NCBI GenBank assembly: GCA_965223265.1
Contig: OZ244999.1
Coordinates: 4,480,001 to 4,544,000 of the forward strand
Source of the DNA: Planctomycetota bacterium
GTDB taxonomy: Bacteria > Planctomycetota > UBA8108 > SXIK01
Length of the DNA: 64,000 nt
Reading direction: 5' to 3'
The translations under genes and the position numbers were made by a program. Under the pieces are notes generated by a model. That model saw only the letters and a program-made list of their open reading frames with translations. It made no database searches and was not told where the DNA came from. Below are positions 9,224 to 20,284 of the stretch, one piece after another. Position 1 is the first letter of the stretch; every line of letters starts with the position of its first letter.

Positions 9224-11512
9224 TCACTTGGTGTTCATTACAGCACGTGTTTTGTCGAGGAGTTGTTGCTGCGCTTGCCGAAGTTCACGCAGACGCTCGA
9301 CAAACGCGTTCACATCGCTGAAGTTGGTCATACGTGCAATCAACAGCTCGAGATCATTCTCCAACCGCCGCTGCGCACTCACGATCGACTGCGGAGAGAC
9401 TTCGGCGGCGACGCTCTGCTCCCGGTCCACCAACTCGCGAAGCTGGACGAAAGACGCGTCGATCGCCGGCGCACGATCGGAGGCGAGCTGACCGATCTCA
9501 CGCCCTAAGCTGCGCACCCACTCGCGCCAACGCAGCTCACCGACAACGTTGTCGGCTGCGCGCTGCAGAAGGTCAGCGATCGTCTGCGCCTGACGCTCAA
9601 GCCCAGCGCGAACACGTCCTTGATCGTTTCCAAGACGGTAGATCTGATTGATTTGCCCGCGACCAACGCTACCGCCGATTCGGGCGTGATCGCGCAATTC
9701 TTCGGTGTCCTTGCGAACCGATGCTTGACGCTCGCGCAGCTCCTCGAGTGCGTCGCGCACACTGCCGAGTTGACGATTCAGGGCTTGCGTGAGTTCCTCA
9801 GGGCTCACGACTCGAAAGAACTGTGGGTCGGTTTCCCCCAGATTGCCGGCGTGATCGCGCATCTGCAGAATGAACTGCAAACGGGCGTCCGGTTCGAGAC
9901 GATCAGGCGTCTGCCCCACTAGTTCCGCAAGTGGACGTCGCAGCTCGCACACGTAGGTGCGGTCGCCCCGGCGACCACTCACGGAGATGCCGCGCCCTGG
10001 CGCTTCCGGTGTGTCGGTGGACTTGGACAACGTAACCTCAAGAGGGATCTCAAGGTCACGGCCTGCTTCCTCCCCCTTAGGGATGAATGTAGCTGCGACC
10101 TGGCCACTCTCGATGCCATAGTCGTCGGATGCGCGCGCGCGGATCGTCACGGTGGCCTGTGGGGTTACGTCCTCCAAGATCGCTACAGGTCGTTCGACGA
10201 CGACCGCCGGGGAACGATCAGGAAGGGCCTCGATGCGGAACTTTTCCGGATCGAGACTTCGGAAGCCATCAACGGTTTCGAGCTGTATGAAATAGTAGCC
10301 ACTCGCCTCGACCGTGAACTCGCCAGAGAAAAAACGTTCTTCGCGCACGGCGAGTTGAACAGCGTCAGGATGCGGCCACACCGGCTCCGTCGCCGGACGC
10401 TCAATATTGTCGCTTGCCATGCCGACGACGCGCCGCCTCTCCTCCACGACGGCGTATGCGGCCTGCACCGGTCCATTGGCCGCCATATCGAATCGGACTC
10501 GAGTTCCGACCGGAACCTTCAAATTGCCAAAGCGAACCGGCTCGTCCGGCGGCGTCGAGGCGAGCCCAAGATAGGCAGGAAACTCGAACCAGAGCCGGAT
10601 CGATTCCATGTCGAGCCGTGGCCGCAGCCGCACCTCCACCAGGAACGGACCGAGTGACGCGTCCCCTCCTTCGACGGTGAAGGAGAACGGCCTTGAGACG
10701 TTTTGAAAGGTCTTCGTGAACAACCCGTCGGTGGTCTCCGACATGGAATCGACGTACTCCTTGCCACCTTCAGAAGTGGAGGTCACGGTGACAAGCGAAG
10801 GACGTCGGCGCAGTGAACGCACAGTGATCGGCAGGTCGTCACCGACAGCTACCACGACCGGTCGCTGCGACGGCGACTCCAACTCAAGCTCGTTCATCTG
10901 CGGCCACGTCAGATTCGTCAGGAGTAGATTCCTCTGCAGCCAAACCGATGCAAGGTCAGGTCGCCAAAACGCGGCGCCAACGAGCACGGCGAGCACCACA
11001 CCGGCCGCCGCGAAGCGCCGCCAAACCGGCGCCTGGTTCACGACGCGCGACGTTCCCAGTCGCACCACGCGACTCTCCACATCCTGAACAACCGCCGCGA
11101 GCAAGTCGGTGGACACGTAGCGCGCGGTCTCACCACCTCGCGACAATTCCACGGCCGTGACGAGCGACTGCTGCAGCTCGGGATAGCTTCGCTCGAGAAG
11201 CGCAGCCAATTCGCTGTAGTCGAATGAGCGCTGAAGCGGGGCCAGCACCTTTCTTCGAAACGCCACAACGAGTGTCGCAGCGAACAACCCAACCAGGATC
11301 GCCCTCACCCCCCAAGGCAAACGCAAGCTGTAGTCGAGCACAAACGATACAGCGACGGCGGCGAGTGCAATCAAAACGATCGCACCGAGACCATCGAGCA
11401 ACAGAGCCCTTTTCAGTCGCCGCCGCAACTGATCGAGCACAGCGAATGCACGACGCGGCTTGCTGGCGCTCGCAGGCGACGACGAATTCAGCGATGAATG
11501 ATCTTCTTGCAT
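9224..11512 (-). CDS. DUF4175-like membrane protein (3 N-terminal TM helices, Ig-like middle, coiled-coil C-terminus)
   Basis: 'LDYSLRLPWGVRAIL', 'ELAALLERSYPELQQSLVTAVEL', 'ARASDDYGI'. Confidence 0.7.
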   Translation of the reverse strand: MQEDHSSLNSSSPASASKPRRAFAVLDQLRRRLKRALLLDGLGAIVLIALAAVAVSFVLDYSLRLPWGVRAILVGLFAATLVVAFRRKVLAPLQRSFDYSELAALLERSYPELQQSLVTAVELSRGGETARYVSTDLLAAVVQDVESRVVRLGTSRVVNQAPVWRRFAAAGVVLAVLVGAAFWRPDLASVWLQRNLLLTNLTWPQMNELELESPSQRPVVVAVGDDLPITVRSLRRRPSLVTVTSTSEGGKEYVDSMSETTDGLFTKTFQNVSRPFSFTVEGGDASLGPFLVEVRLRPRLDMESIRLWFEFPAYLGLASTPPDEPVRFGNLKVPVGTRVRFDMAANGPVQAAYAVVEERRRVVGMASDNIERPATEPVWPHPDAVQLAVREERFFSGEFTVEASGYYFIQLETVDGFRSLDPEKFRIEALPDRSPAVVVERPVAILEDVTPQATVTIRARASDDYGIESGQVAATFIPKGEEAGRDLEIPLEVTLSKSTDTPEAPGRGISVSGRRGDRTYVCELRRPLAELVGQTPDRLEPDARLQFILQMRDHAGNLGETDPQFFRVVSPEELTQALNRQLGSVRDALEELRERQASVRKDTEELRDHARIGGSVGRGQINQIYRLGNDQGRVRAGLERQAQTIADLLQRAADNVVGELRWREWVRSLGREIGQLASDRAPAIDASFVQLRELVDREQSVAAEVSPQSIVSAQRRLENDLELLIARMTNFSDVNAFVERLRELRQAQQQLLDKTRAVMNTK

Positions 11513-11550
11513 GAGGTTTCTGGCGCTAAGTCGCGAAAGTCAAAACGCAA

Positions 11551-12819
11551 TCAGCTTTCAGTAATCGGTAGGTACTGATTCGGCATCTGCAAGATAATGA
11601 CGGCGACAGCAGTAGCATAGTTTTGGCCGACGAGATCCTCCCAGCTGCCATCCGCTCGCTGGAGCGACAGGAGCTCGTCGCGTATCCGATGGTACCACCG
11701 CTCCCAGTACGTCCCGCCAGCCTGAAATGCCGCCTGTATCCCATAGTAGTGACCATAGTAGAAATCATACCGATCGCGAGGCTCAGAATGCGCGCGGTGG
11801 ATGGAGTCCCAGTCTCTCCAAAGGAGTTCCAACCCTTCCCGTATCTCGTAGGACTCGTATTCGCCCGCGCCGTAGAGCGTGGCGACGCCACACGCGTTGA
11901 GTGCGAAAGATTGGCGGCTACCGCGGTGAAACGGGAGCAACTGGTAGCTGAAGCCCTTGCCTCGCAAGTAACTGTTTTTGACGTAGCGAATCGCCGCGTC
12001 GATCGTCGAGCGCGGCACAAAGATGCCCGCGTTTCGTGCCGCGCGGAGTGCCATCACTTGGCACACCGTCACCGACATATCGGCATCGACCGCGCGCGGC
12101 AGGTAACGCCACCCGCCCTGCTCATTCTGCGACTGAACGATCAGGCCGACCGCACGTCGCAGCGCATCTTCGAGTCGCTCAGCCTCAGGATAGAGGCTCG
12201 CCCCGTACGCCTCTGCTAGAAAGAGGGTAGCGAACGCGTGACTATACATGCGCGAGTTGGAAACGCTGATGAACCCTTCCGGCGAGGTGCTATCAATCAC
12301 AAAATCGAGCGCTCTGCGGATAGATCGGCAATAAGCCTGACGCGGCCCCTCGGTCGGCAAAGCGCCACTCGAGAGAAACGCAAGACCAGCAAGCGCCGTC
12401 GAGCCGACGTGACGAGACTGCGTACAATCGTAAAAATAGTGAACTTTGCGACCAACAAAGTCAGTCCACGAGCCATCCGGATTCTGGCTGCGGTAAAGAA
12501 ACTCGAGACCGCGATCGATACTCTGGCGAGTTGACTGATCGACAGCAATCGAACGTGGTGCGCGGCGATCAATCGCGGGCGTAGGCATGGCCTGCGCATC
12601 GATCTCAATGAAAGGCAGCCCAGATAGAAAAAGAGCACCGGCGATCACGAGCCAACATCTTCCCGGCCGGTGGCGCGAACCCTCACCAGAGCAGACGGCA
12701 GCAACGTCAGACGGTACCAGACCGGCAGAGCGAGAGGAGCGAAAGAGACCCCAGCGCTCGGCGCCGTACGTGCCGGAGACTCTTCGTGGGCACTGAGGAG
12801 GGAATCTACTCTGCATCAT
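11551..12819 (-). CDS. Prenyltransferase/squalene-oxidase-repeat protein (paralog of 4822-6015)
   Basis: QNPDGSW, QNEQGGW, QRADGSW repeats; 'SRMYSHAFATLFLAE', 'DMSVTVCQVMALRAARNAG'. Start placed at the ATGA overlap 12816-12819. Confidence 0.82.
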   Translation of the reverse strand: MMQSRFPPQCPRRVSGTYGAERWGLFRSSRSAGLVPSDVAAVCSGEGSRHRPGRCWLVIAGALFLSGLPFIEIDAQAMPTPAIDRRAPRSIAVDQSTRQSIDRGLEFLYRSQNPDGSWTDFVGRKVHYFYDCTQSRHVGSTALAGLAFLSSGALPTEGPRQAYCRSIRRALDFVIDSTSPEGFISVSNSRMYSHAFATLFLAEAYGASLYPEAERLEDALRRAVGLIVQSQNEQGGWRYLPRAVDADMSVTVCQVMALRAARNAGIFVPRSTIDAAIRYVKNSYLRGKGFSYQLLPFHRGSRQSFALNACGVATLYGAGEYESYEIREGLELLWRDWDSIHRAHSEPRDRYDFYYGHYYGIQAAFQAGGTYWERWYHRIRDELLSLQRADGSWEDLVGQNYATAVAVIILQMPNQYLPITES

Positions 12820-15269
12820 GACCCGCTCTCCGCGACGCCGGATACGTAAGCGAGCACGTCTTCGTGCGACGTCAACAAGACCAGACTCTCTGAGACTTGC
12901 ACTCGCCACGGGCGCTCCCGCAGATCCTCACGTCGACTCGTGAGATTCTTGACGTCGCCGAAATCGAAACTGATCAGCTTCAGGAAACCATCGTCGACGA
13001 CCAGCAGACCTTGGTCTGTCAGCGCGCCGGGACCAGCGATCTTTCTCACACCGAGCTCCGGAGGCGCTGTCTCCAACGTGCCGCGCTGATTCTCAGCCGC
13101 GTCCCGCACGTTGAGTCGAGCAACTCCGACATGCTCGATCGCAAAATAGAGGTAGTCGTCGTGATAACCGAGGAGATGCTTGTACTGTCTCGAGCGGGCG
13201 TGCGATCGATAGATCCAGCGCACGGTTCCGGCCTGTGCACGACCACCGGGTCCGAGTCCGGTGTCGATCGCGTAGAGCACCTGCGAATCACGCGGCGTCA
13301 CAATCAAAAGGTCGTCGACCAAGAGGAGGGAATTCGCGCCCCAGTGGATCGACCGGTGCTCCGGGTCTTTCCTCAGCGTGTTGGGGATGGGAATCGTCTC
13401 GTATGTTGTCGCCCAGAGCGGATTCCCAGTTGCGAGTTCAATCGCGCACACCAGCCCTAGCTGCGTCGCGTAGAAGACGACACCTTCGTGCTCAAGAATC
13501 GCTCCGGGCAACGGTTCGCGGCCAAGCTCGCCGAACATTGTTTGCTCAACCTGAAAGCTGGCGAGGCGACGTTCCCATACGAGGTTGCCGTCGCGAAGAT
13601 CGTGCGCACGCAAACGCGAGCTCAGGAACCCCCGCTGCATCCAACCACCTGCGACGACGAGCCCCTCCTTCACGACCACCGGTGAGTGGTAGCTAAACGC
13701 TTTCTCCCCGGCGCTGGCCCCGGCGCCACGGAGCTGGCGCAGCGTCCGGGCGTCTCGCCTCGGCCGCCGCGGCGACGGCACACGCGCGGACTCCTTCTTA
13801 GTGGCCCACAGGACACGGTCTGGCTGCGCCGCATCGAACGCCACCAGGCCGCGAATCGGAAGCGGCTCGTTGATGGTGTAGCCGGAGTACTTTGCTTGCG
13901 ATACCGCGTCGCTCAGAAAGGTTCCGACGAGCACCTCGTTGGGCAGGTCCGCCAAGAGTTCACACTGCTCCCGTGAACGGCGCCAGAGCGTCACGTTGTG
14001 CAAGTACGTCGTGCTTGAGCTGTGCCCAAAGCGATCGCGCAATCCCGGGCGCGCGAAGCGCTCCACAAGCCGACCGCAATCGGCACGCGCGTCGAGGTGA
14101 TGCAAGGCCCACGGACACGCGATAAAAAGACGGTCATCATCTAGGAGCGGCAGCACCGCCTGGCCAAGGGGAGGACCCCTCGATGAGACTCGAGCAGCCC
14201 CGGGCGAAGACCAAAGGGAATTCTTCCAGCTCAATGACAACACCGTCGATGCGAGGTGGGGAGGCCCGCTGGCACCCAGCTCTCCCCCCCAGCGTGACGG
14301 CGAATCGATGTCAGCAGGCCGAAATCCACTCACGACAGCCCAGCGAAAAAGCGTCTCCGGATCGTCGCCAGCCATCTGCCGCTGCGTGAGTCGCTTGCCG
14401 ACCTCGAGATGGTAAGGCAGCTTTTTGAGAATCGGATGCGCATCTGCGGTGGTGATCGGAAGATGCCCCGCCGGCCCGATCGCTGCCATCTCGCCGCGCT
14501 CCAAGACGCGCCACCCTAGCGAGCGATAGGCCATCCAGAGTTTTGCACGAACGCGCACGGTGTCGCCGCCACCGTTGACGACGCGCCGCCACCACCGGAG
14601 GGCCACTAACCTCTTCGAGTTCTCCCAGCAAACATCTCCGAGTAGCTCGGCGGCGCGGCGCCCATCTGAAGTATGAAAGAATCGGCGAGCCACCTCCTCC
14701 AGACGCCCGACGTCGCCGCTACGTTCGAATTCTTCAAACAGCGCGGCTGCAGTGGCGTCGTAGCGTTCGCGGTACGCCGACTTGAGGTCTTCTGGAAGAT
14801 GCTCCACGATCTGTTCAGCCACAACAGACGCCGGCAGAAATCGACGGGGTGACCACCGAGTCTGAGGTCGCGATCGCACGCGGCTGGCCCGCGTCGGCGT
14901 CACAGCCTTCGGCGCCACCGGGGCGGCTTCGACCGCCGTCGCCAATGGCGCGGTCAAAAGAGATTCATGACGCACTTCGAAGAGCGAGGAGGCGCCGCCC
15001 TCGATTGCCTCTTGCAACAACTCCAGGCCACGCTCGCGACGCGGTGAGGTCAACGCCGACAGCGCTCGCGCGACATGCCGGCGCCACTTCATGTCCTCAA
15101 GCGGCACCGAAACCTGATCATTGCTGAAAATCGGCTGCTGCCCCAGAGCCGCTACCGTCACGACGACCATCACCACGAGGCGACGACGAGCCGTTCGCAA
15201 ACGGCTCGCGCGCGTTTCGTCCGCCTCCGGCGATACGTTCTGGAAGAGCATCGTCCGTCTCGTCATCAC
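12816..15269 (-). CDS. PQQ-like beta-propeller protein with an N-terminal TPR-like region
   Basis: Trp-docking blades AFDAAQPDRVLW, AHDLRDGNLVW, AIELATGNPLW, AIDTG...VRW; N-terminal hydrophobic segment. Confidence 0.72.
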   Translation of the reverse strand: MMTRRTMLFQNVSPEADETRASRLRTARRRLVVMVVVTVAALGQQPIFSNDQVSVPLEDMKWRRHVARALSALTSPRRERGLELLQEAIEGGASSLFEVRHESLLTAPLATAVEAAPVAPKAVTPTRASRVRSRPQTRWSPRRFLPASVVAEQIVEHLPEDLKSAYRERYDATAAALFEEFERSGDVGRLEEVARRFFHTSDGRRAAELLGDVCWENSKRLVALRWWRRVVNGGGDTVRVRAKLWMAYRSLGWRVLERGEMAAIGPAGHLPITTADAHPILKKLPYHLEVGKRLTQRQMAGDDPETLFRWAVVSGFRPADIDSPSRWGGELGASGPPHLASTVLSLSWKNSLWSSPGAARVSSRGPPLGQAVLPLLDDDRLFIACPWALHHLDARADCGRLVERFARPGLRDRFGHSSSTTYLHNVTLWRRSREQCELLADLPNEVLVGTFLSDAVSQAKYSGYTINEPLPIRGLVAFDAAQPDRVLWATKKESARVPSPRRPRRDARTLRQLRGAGASAGEKAFSYHSPVVVKEGLVVAGGWMQRGFLSSRLRAHDLRDGNLVWERRLASFQVEQTMFGELGREPLPGAILEHEGVVFYATQLGLVCAIELATGNPLWATTYETIPIPNTLRKDPEHRSIHWGANSLLLVDDLLIVTPRDSQVLYAIDTGLGPGGRAQAGTVRWIYRSHARSRQYKHLLGYHDDYLYFAIEHVGVARLNVRDAAENQRGTLETAPPELGVRKIAGPGALTDQGLLVVDDGFLKLISFDFGDVKNLTSRREDLRERPWRVQVSESLVLLTSHEDVLAYVSGVAESGS

Positions 15270-15440
15270 ACTCGATCAGACCTCGTTGGACTCAAAAACG
15301 ACTCCAATCATGTCGTCAGCGGTTTCGTCGAGATCCATTCAGCGACTTCCTCAGCCTCGCACAGTCGTTCGGTTTGGGTGTGTGGCCACCAACAACAGTT
15401 TACCTCAAGTCGGACGCGGTCGCCGCCTGGGGATCGCACG

Positions 15441-17978
15441 TCAGAGAAGACGAAAAGCCTTTCGCAGCATCCACTCGATGGCGATCAAAGTCGTGAAAGC
15501 GATCAGTACCCACGGCTCGTCCCACACCGAATCGTCGTGGAAACCGCCGCGCTGCAGCTGCGACCGCCCCTTCACGCCGTCGATCAACTCACCAGCCCGA
15601 GACATCTCATACACCGCGCCGCCTGTCGTCGCGGCGATCTCCTTGAGCACACCGTCATTGCGGCGCGGGTCACGAAGCTCGACGGTCGGTACGGCGACGT
15701 TCACAGCTCGAAACGTCAATTTCTCAGCCGCCGTTCCCAGCCACAGCTCGTGCGTCCCAAGACGATCCGCAACCACTGTGCCGAAGTACGTGCCGCGCCC
15801 ACGCACTGGATCGAGATCGAGCTGAACCTCGCGCGGCAAATCAGCGTCACCGAGCGCTTTGTGGTAAACGGTCAGCTGTGGATCCGAAATCGGTCGCAAA
15901 TTCGCATCAAAGACCCTGCACTGCACGTTGATCGACTCACCCAGTTGATACGTGCTCTTGTCCGTCGTGATGCTATATCGAGGCGTTTTTCCTAGCAGTC
16001 GCCCGGTTGCAGCGAAACGACACACCTGTCCCCAAAAACGTTCGACAAAGCGCGGATCAAGCGCACGCCAACGCCAAGTCGCATCCACTGCGCTAAAGAA
16101 CGTTCGTCCTTTGCCGTAGTTCATGTATGCAAAAATCGGCATCGCCTTGCCATCGTCGAGGTGCCGGATCTTCTCTGGGTGAGTCGCCAGCACGACGGCC
16201 CCCTTCTTGGCACGCCCGACTTCGGCGAACCAAAAGAAACCAGGTAGATTCTCAAACGCTCTCTTGAGTGGATTCTCCCACAACTCAATGTTGCGCTCGG
16301 GGTCGTTGTCGAGCCGCATGAGGCTGTGTTCCTTACCTGCGGGCGTCAAACGAACGTTGAACGACTGCGTGATCGGTGCATCGTTGTAGACCCATGCGAC
16401 GCTCTGACCTTCCGGCACTTCCACTGGCAACAGACTATAGAGTTCGGTGTCGCGGTAGTGCACGGGGTTGGCGCTGTCACCGGCAATGAACACGACGCCG
16501 CCGCCGGCCTCGTCAACGAATTCTTTGATGAGCGCCATTTCGTTTGCGGACAGAAAACGCGCGCTTCCGGAACGATCCGTACTGACGTCACCAATGATGA
16601 TGACGTGGTACTTGAACAGCTCACTTTTCTCCGCCGGAAAGCGGCGCAGCGGTGGGACATCGCGTGAACTCTCCTGGATGAAATCGTCGTCCGCGGAATA
16701 GAGCAGCACCTGCGCTTCCACCGTCGGGTCGCGCACCAGCGTCGACTTCAGGAAGCGATACTCATAGCGTGGACGCCCTTCGACGTAGAGGACGCGAATC
16801 TTCTGATCGAGCACTCGAATCGGCTTGGACTTCCGATTGTTGTCGGCGAAGAGTTCGCCGCCAAGCACCTCCACCTCGACTGTTGCGGTGAAATCGCCCG
16901 GATCTGGTGGCTGATACTCAAGGCGCACGATTTGCCGTCGGCCGTCACCCTCAAGGACGACGGACTCACTGTCGACGGTGAGAGCGTCGAACTTCAAATC
17001 GACGCGGACGGACTCGCCTTCGAACCCATCAGCAACAATCGAGACGTCAAACGGGACCTTGTCTCCGGCCAAAACGACGTCATTCGCTTCCAGGTGGATC
17101 AGGCGGATGTCCTTGGGTTCATTCGGGTTGCCGACGGCGATGCAGTGGACAGTGATTCCTCGCTGTCGAAGGCGCCGTGACACATCGCCGATCGTGTTGG
17201 CTCCGCCTGTATCCTGCCCGTCCGAGATCAGGACGACGCCGGCAATGTCTCGGTGCCGCGCTCCGAAGCCGCCGCCGCGAGCACTGGCGACCGAATCGAT
17301 CAACGCATCGGCAATCCTCGTTTGCCGCACGCGCTCGTCGACACGAAGCTTCGAGTAATCCGGGAGCATGTCGGCAGCCCGTGACGCTTCGGTGGCATCG
17401 TCAAGCACCGCGGCGTCCTTTTCTTTAAGCCGCGTCAGCGTATCCAGTCGCTGAATAGCCGACGAAAACGAAAACACCGCCACCTCCGCCTTGGAACGGA
17501 GACGATGAATCAATCGGATCTCGTCGTCGCGAAACAGTCGCCGCACAAGATCGTAGCGCTTCGTCGACTCAATGGTGTCTGGGCTGGCACGAAAGAACGC
17601 CGCAAGGTCGTCCACCAACTCTCGATCCGAGTACTTGTCCGCGATATCCATGCTCAAAGAATCATCGACAAGCACAACGAACACCGACTCTTGAACGAGG
17701 AACTTGGTCGTCCGCACGACTGGCTCGCCGATCATGAGAAGGATCATCACGATGACCGCCACACGAATAGAGATGAGCCCCCATCGCACAACACGACCGC
17801 CCGAAAGGCGCTCGCGCCGGTAGATGAACCGCACAAACAGCACAACGACCGGCAAGATCACGAGCAGAAAAAACCACGCGGGAACACCACTCAGCCAACG
17901 AAACTCTCTGAGCGTTTCCTCCTCGGCCTGCGCCAACATGACAGGCGCAGAGCGGAACATGTCGATTAAAGGGTTCAT
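15441..17978 (-). CDS. Membrane protein with vWA (MIDAS) and class-I GATase-like domains
   Basis: Two N-terminal TM segments, 'VLVDDSLSM' and 'LISDGQ' MIDAS motifs, 'RVLYVEGRPRYEYRFL', 'YGKGR...TWRWR', C-terminal 'EWMLRK'. Confidence 0.82.
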   Translation of the reverse strand: MNPLIDMFRSAPVMLAQAEEETLREFRWLSGVPAWFFLLVILPVVVLFVRFIYRRERLSGGRVVRWGLISIRVAVIVMILLMIGEPVVRTTKFLVQESVFVVLVDDSLSMDIADKYSDRELVDDLAAFFRASPDTIESTKRYDLVRRLFRDDEIRLIHRLRSKAEVAVFSFSSAIQRLDTLTRLKEKDAAVLDDATEASRAADMLPDYSKLRVDERVRQTRIADALIDSVASARGGGFGARHRDIAGVVLISDGQDTGGANTIGDVSRRLRQRGITVHCIAVGNPNEPKDIRLIHLEANDVVLAGDKVPFDVSIVADGFEGESVRVDLKFDALTVDSESVVLEGDGRRQIVRLEYQPPDPGDFTATVEVEVLGGELFADNNRKSKPIRVLDQKIRVLYVEGRPRYEYRFLKSTLVRDPTVEAQVLLYSADDDFIQESSRDVPPLRRFPAEKSELFKYHVIIIGDVSTDRSGSARFLSANEMALIKEFVDEAGGGVVFIAGDSANPVHYRDTELYSLLPVEVPEGQSVAWVYNDAPITQSFNVRLTPAGKEHSLMRLDNDPERNIELWENPLKRAFENLPGFFWFAEVGRAKKGAVVLATHPEKIRHLDDGKAMPIFAYMNYGKGRTFFSAVDATWRWRALDPRFVERFWGQVCRFAATGRLLGKTPRYSITTDKSTYQLGESINVQCRVFDANLRPISDPQLTVYHKALGDADLPREVQLDLDPVRGRGTYFGTVVADRLGTHELWLGTAAEKLTFRAVNVAVPTVELRDPRRNDGVLKEIAATTGGAVYEMSRAGELIDGVKGRSQLQRGGFHDDSVWDEPWVLIAFTTLIAIEWMLRKAFRLL

Positions 17979-20284
17979 ACCGCTCTCCTACCGAAGAGCC
18001 ATGCGAGGACCGACTCGCAAACCAGCAGAGCCAGAACTGCGGCGATCGCCGCGCGCCAAAACTCTCGACCGCGAGCTAGGGACTGCTCCTCCGCGACGTC
18101 CTCAAGACGCTGCTCGACGTCAAGCGCCTGAAATTTCAAGTTATCGTACACGCGCCGCAAGTCATCCTCTTCGAGGCGTGTCAGATCGCCTTCGTCGCCC
18201 TCAACGTTGGCGCAAAAATACTCGACCGTGTCTTCCTCAGGCGAGTGGGGCCGACGAAGGTCGAGTCTGTAGATGCCAGGAATCGCAGTATCCTCGTGGA
18301 GAATGCGAAACGACTTTTCGGTTTCGTCCTGACGCATCGTCTTGTGCGCGTTCCGAATGCGTTCACCACCACTCAGTCCGGCGAAGTCAATCGGCAACTG
18401 CAGCGTCACCTCCGACGCGAACTCCTCCGCCGGGTAGACGCGCGCGAACGGCATTCCGACACGGAGGTTCGAGGTGTCCGATCTGAAGGTCATAAGATAG
18501 TTGATCGTCTCGTGCAGCAAGATGACGAAGTCGGGATAGTCGGACAGATCTGTCCACGCTTGATCCGCAGTCGCGTTCACCCAAAACACTCTTCCCCTTC
18601 CATACGCGGCGTCGAAGAGAGCCGGCGTCTTCTCAGCATCCGTGTAACGGTGGCTGATCCGAAACCTGCGCGATTCCTCAAGCAGCGGCTCGACAGCAAA
18701 GTAGCGGGTAAACGAAGCGAGCGGTCGATGTAGGTCCGTCTCCGTCGCGTGGTCGTGGAAGTATTTGGCCAGCGGATGCGCGCCGTCGCTCACACCGAGG
18801 TGAATGGGAAACGCTGGATCGCCTCGCACGTCGCCCAATCGCACGGGCAGGAGACTCTCGCCGCCCTCCTCGTGAAAAAGCTCGTGGTAGAGGTCAGCTT
18901 GAACGCGATCCCCGAAAAAACCAAGAAGGAGGCCCCCACCCTTGACGAATGCCTGCATGCGCTTGACGTCAGCGCGCGCGAACGAGCCGACGTTGGCACA
19001 AACGATGAGCGAAAAGTCGTCTAGCTCTACATCTGACAGCTGCTCGGCCTGCACGACGAGTGGCTCGAAGGGTGTCAGGCGCCCCTCGATCGAGGCCATG
19101 GAATCGTCCTCGGCCGCCAGCGCCAGTTGCAAATGAAACGTCTCCGCGTCGAGCGGGTCCGTGCCAGGATCGCCGTCGACGAGAAGGACGCGAACCGCTT
19201 CCGCCACGTTCGTGACAAGAAATCGCTTGTTGTCGAGCCCCAGCCCGTCGGAGCGCAGTTCAGCAACGACACTGTGGTCGCCAGCGCGGTCAAAACGATA
19301 TCGCATCGTCCGGGTGACGAATCCGTGTGCCGGCACGCGGACGACATGGCCGAGCTGCGGTTCCGCTGCACCTTCGGAGAGGTCGGGGTCGACTTGAATC
19401 GTCAGGTCAACGTTGTCTATGTCGGTATCGCCGAAGTTCTGAACCGTGGCGCTGAGCTCGACCCAAACGTCGCGCGCCACGACAGTCGGAGCCACCGACA
19501 GGTCCGCAAGCGCCAAGTTAGGTCGAACCGCACCCGGACCGAGCACAGCAAGAGAAATCTGCCCACCATCAGCTTGCAGCTTGTCAATAAACTGACGGAC
19601 GCCTGGATAGCGCGGCTCGTCCCCGGTCAGCCAGTCCTTTCGTTGCAGGTCGCTGAAGAGAACGATGCGTTTGGCTTCGGGATCTCCGGTGTCAGTGACG
19701 AATTGATTCGAAAGCTCTTCAAGGACTGCGAAGCTTGCGCCAAGATCGACCGAATCAGAGCTCAGCGAGAGTCGCTCAAGCTCAGTTCGAAGAGTCGAAG
19801 CGAACGCATCCGTGACGATCGTGCGCGGCACGAGGACTCGTGGCTGCCGCTCGAACGTCATGACAGCAACGGCATTTCCCTTATCGATCAACGTCTCGGC
19901 AACTTTCAGAAGCGAGTCGCGCGCCGCGTCGAAGAGACTCTGGTTGTCTTCGTCATAGCTCATGCTGTACGAGGCGTCGATGGCAAGAATCCAGTTGCGG
20001 TCGTCCCCCGCCACACCTCCCAGGCTAGTTGTGCGGAACACTGGCCGCGCCATCGCCAGCGCCAAGAAAAAGAGGATCGCACAGCGAATCAACAGGAGGA
20101 GAAGATTCTGCAGCTGAATCCTCTTCTGATGCCTCTTCACTGCCCGCAGCAAGAACTCCATCGCGGCCCAGCGCCGGCGGCGGTAGCGATGTCGCTGGAA
20201 CAGATAGATCAGGATCGGCACCGACACGAGCAGCATGCCGAAAAGAAGCTGGGGCTGGAGAAAAAACTGGCTCAAGGTCGGCAC
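17975..20284 (-). CDS. BatA-domain/vWA membrane protein
   Basis: N-terminal BatA motif 'PILIYLF...RRRWAAMEFL', 'AIDASYSM', 'FSDLQ', and a C-terminal TM segment. Confidence 0.85.
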   Translation of the reverse strand: MPTLSQFFLQPQLLFGMLLVSVPILIYLFQRHRYRRRRWAAMEFLLRAVKRHQKRIQLQNLLLLLIRCAILFFLALAMARPVFRTTSLGGVAGDDRNWILAIDASYSMSYDEDNQSLFDAARDSLLKVAETLIDKGNAVAVMTFERQPRVLVPRTIVTDAFASTLRTELERLSLSSDSVDLGASFAVLEELSNQFVTDTGDPEAKRIVLFSDLQRKDWLTGDEPRYPGVRQFIDKLQADGGQISLAVLGPGAVRPNLALADLSVAPTVVARDVWVELSATVQNFGDTDIDNVDLTIQVDPDLSEGAAEPQLGHVVRVPAHGFVTRTMRYRFDRAGDHSVVAELRSDGLGLDNKRFLVTNVAEAVRVLLVDGDPGTDPLDAETFHLQLALAAEDDSMASIEGRLTPFEPLVVQAEQLSDVELDDFSLIVCANVGSFARADVKRMQAFVKGGGLLLGFFGDRVQADLYHELFHEEGGESLLPVRLGDVRGDPAFPIHLGVSDGAHPLAKYFHDHATETDLHRPLASFTRYFAVEPLLEESRRFRISHRYTDAEKTPALFDAAYGRGRVFWVNATADQAWTDLSDYPDFVILLHETINYLMTFRSDTSNLRVGMPFARVYPAEEFASEVTLQLPIDFAGLSGGERIRNAHKTMRQDETEKSFRILHEDTAIPGIYRLDLRRPHSPEEDTVEYFCANVEGDEGDLTRLEEDDLRRVYDNLKFQALDVEQRLEDVAEEQSLARGREFWRAAIAAVLALLVCESVLAWLFGRRAV

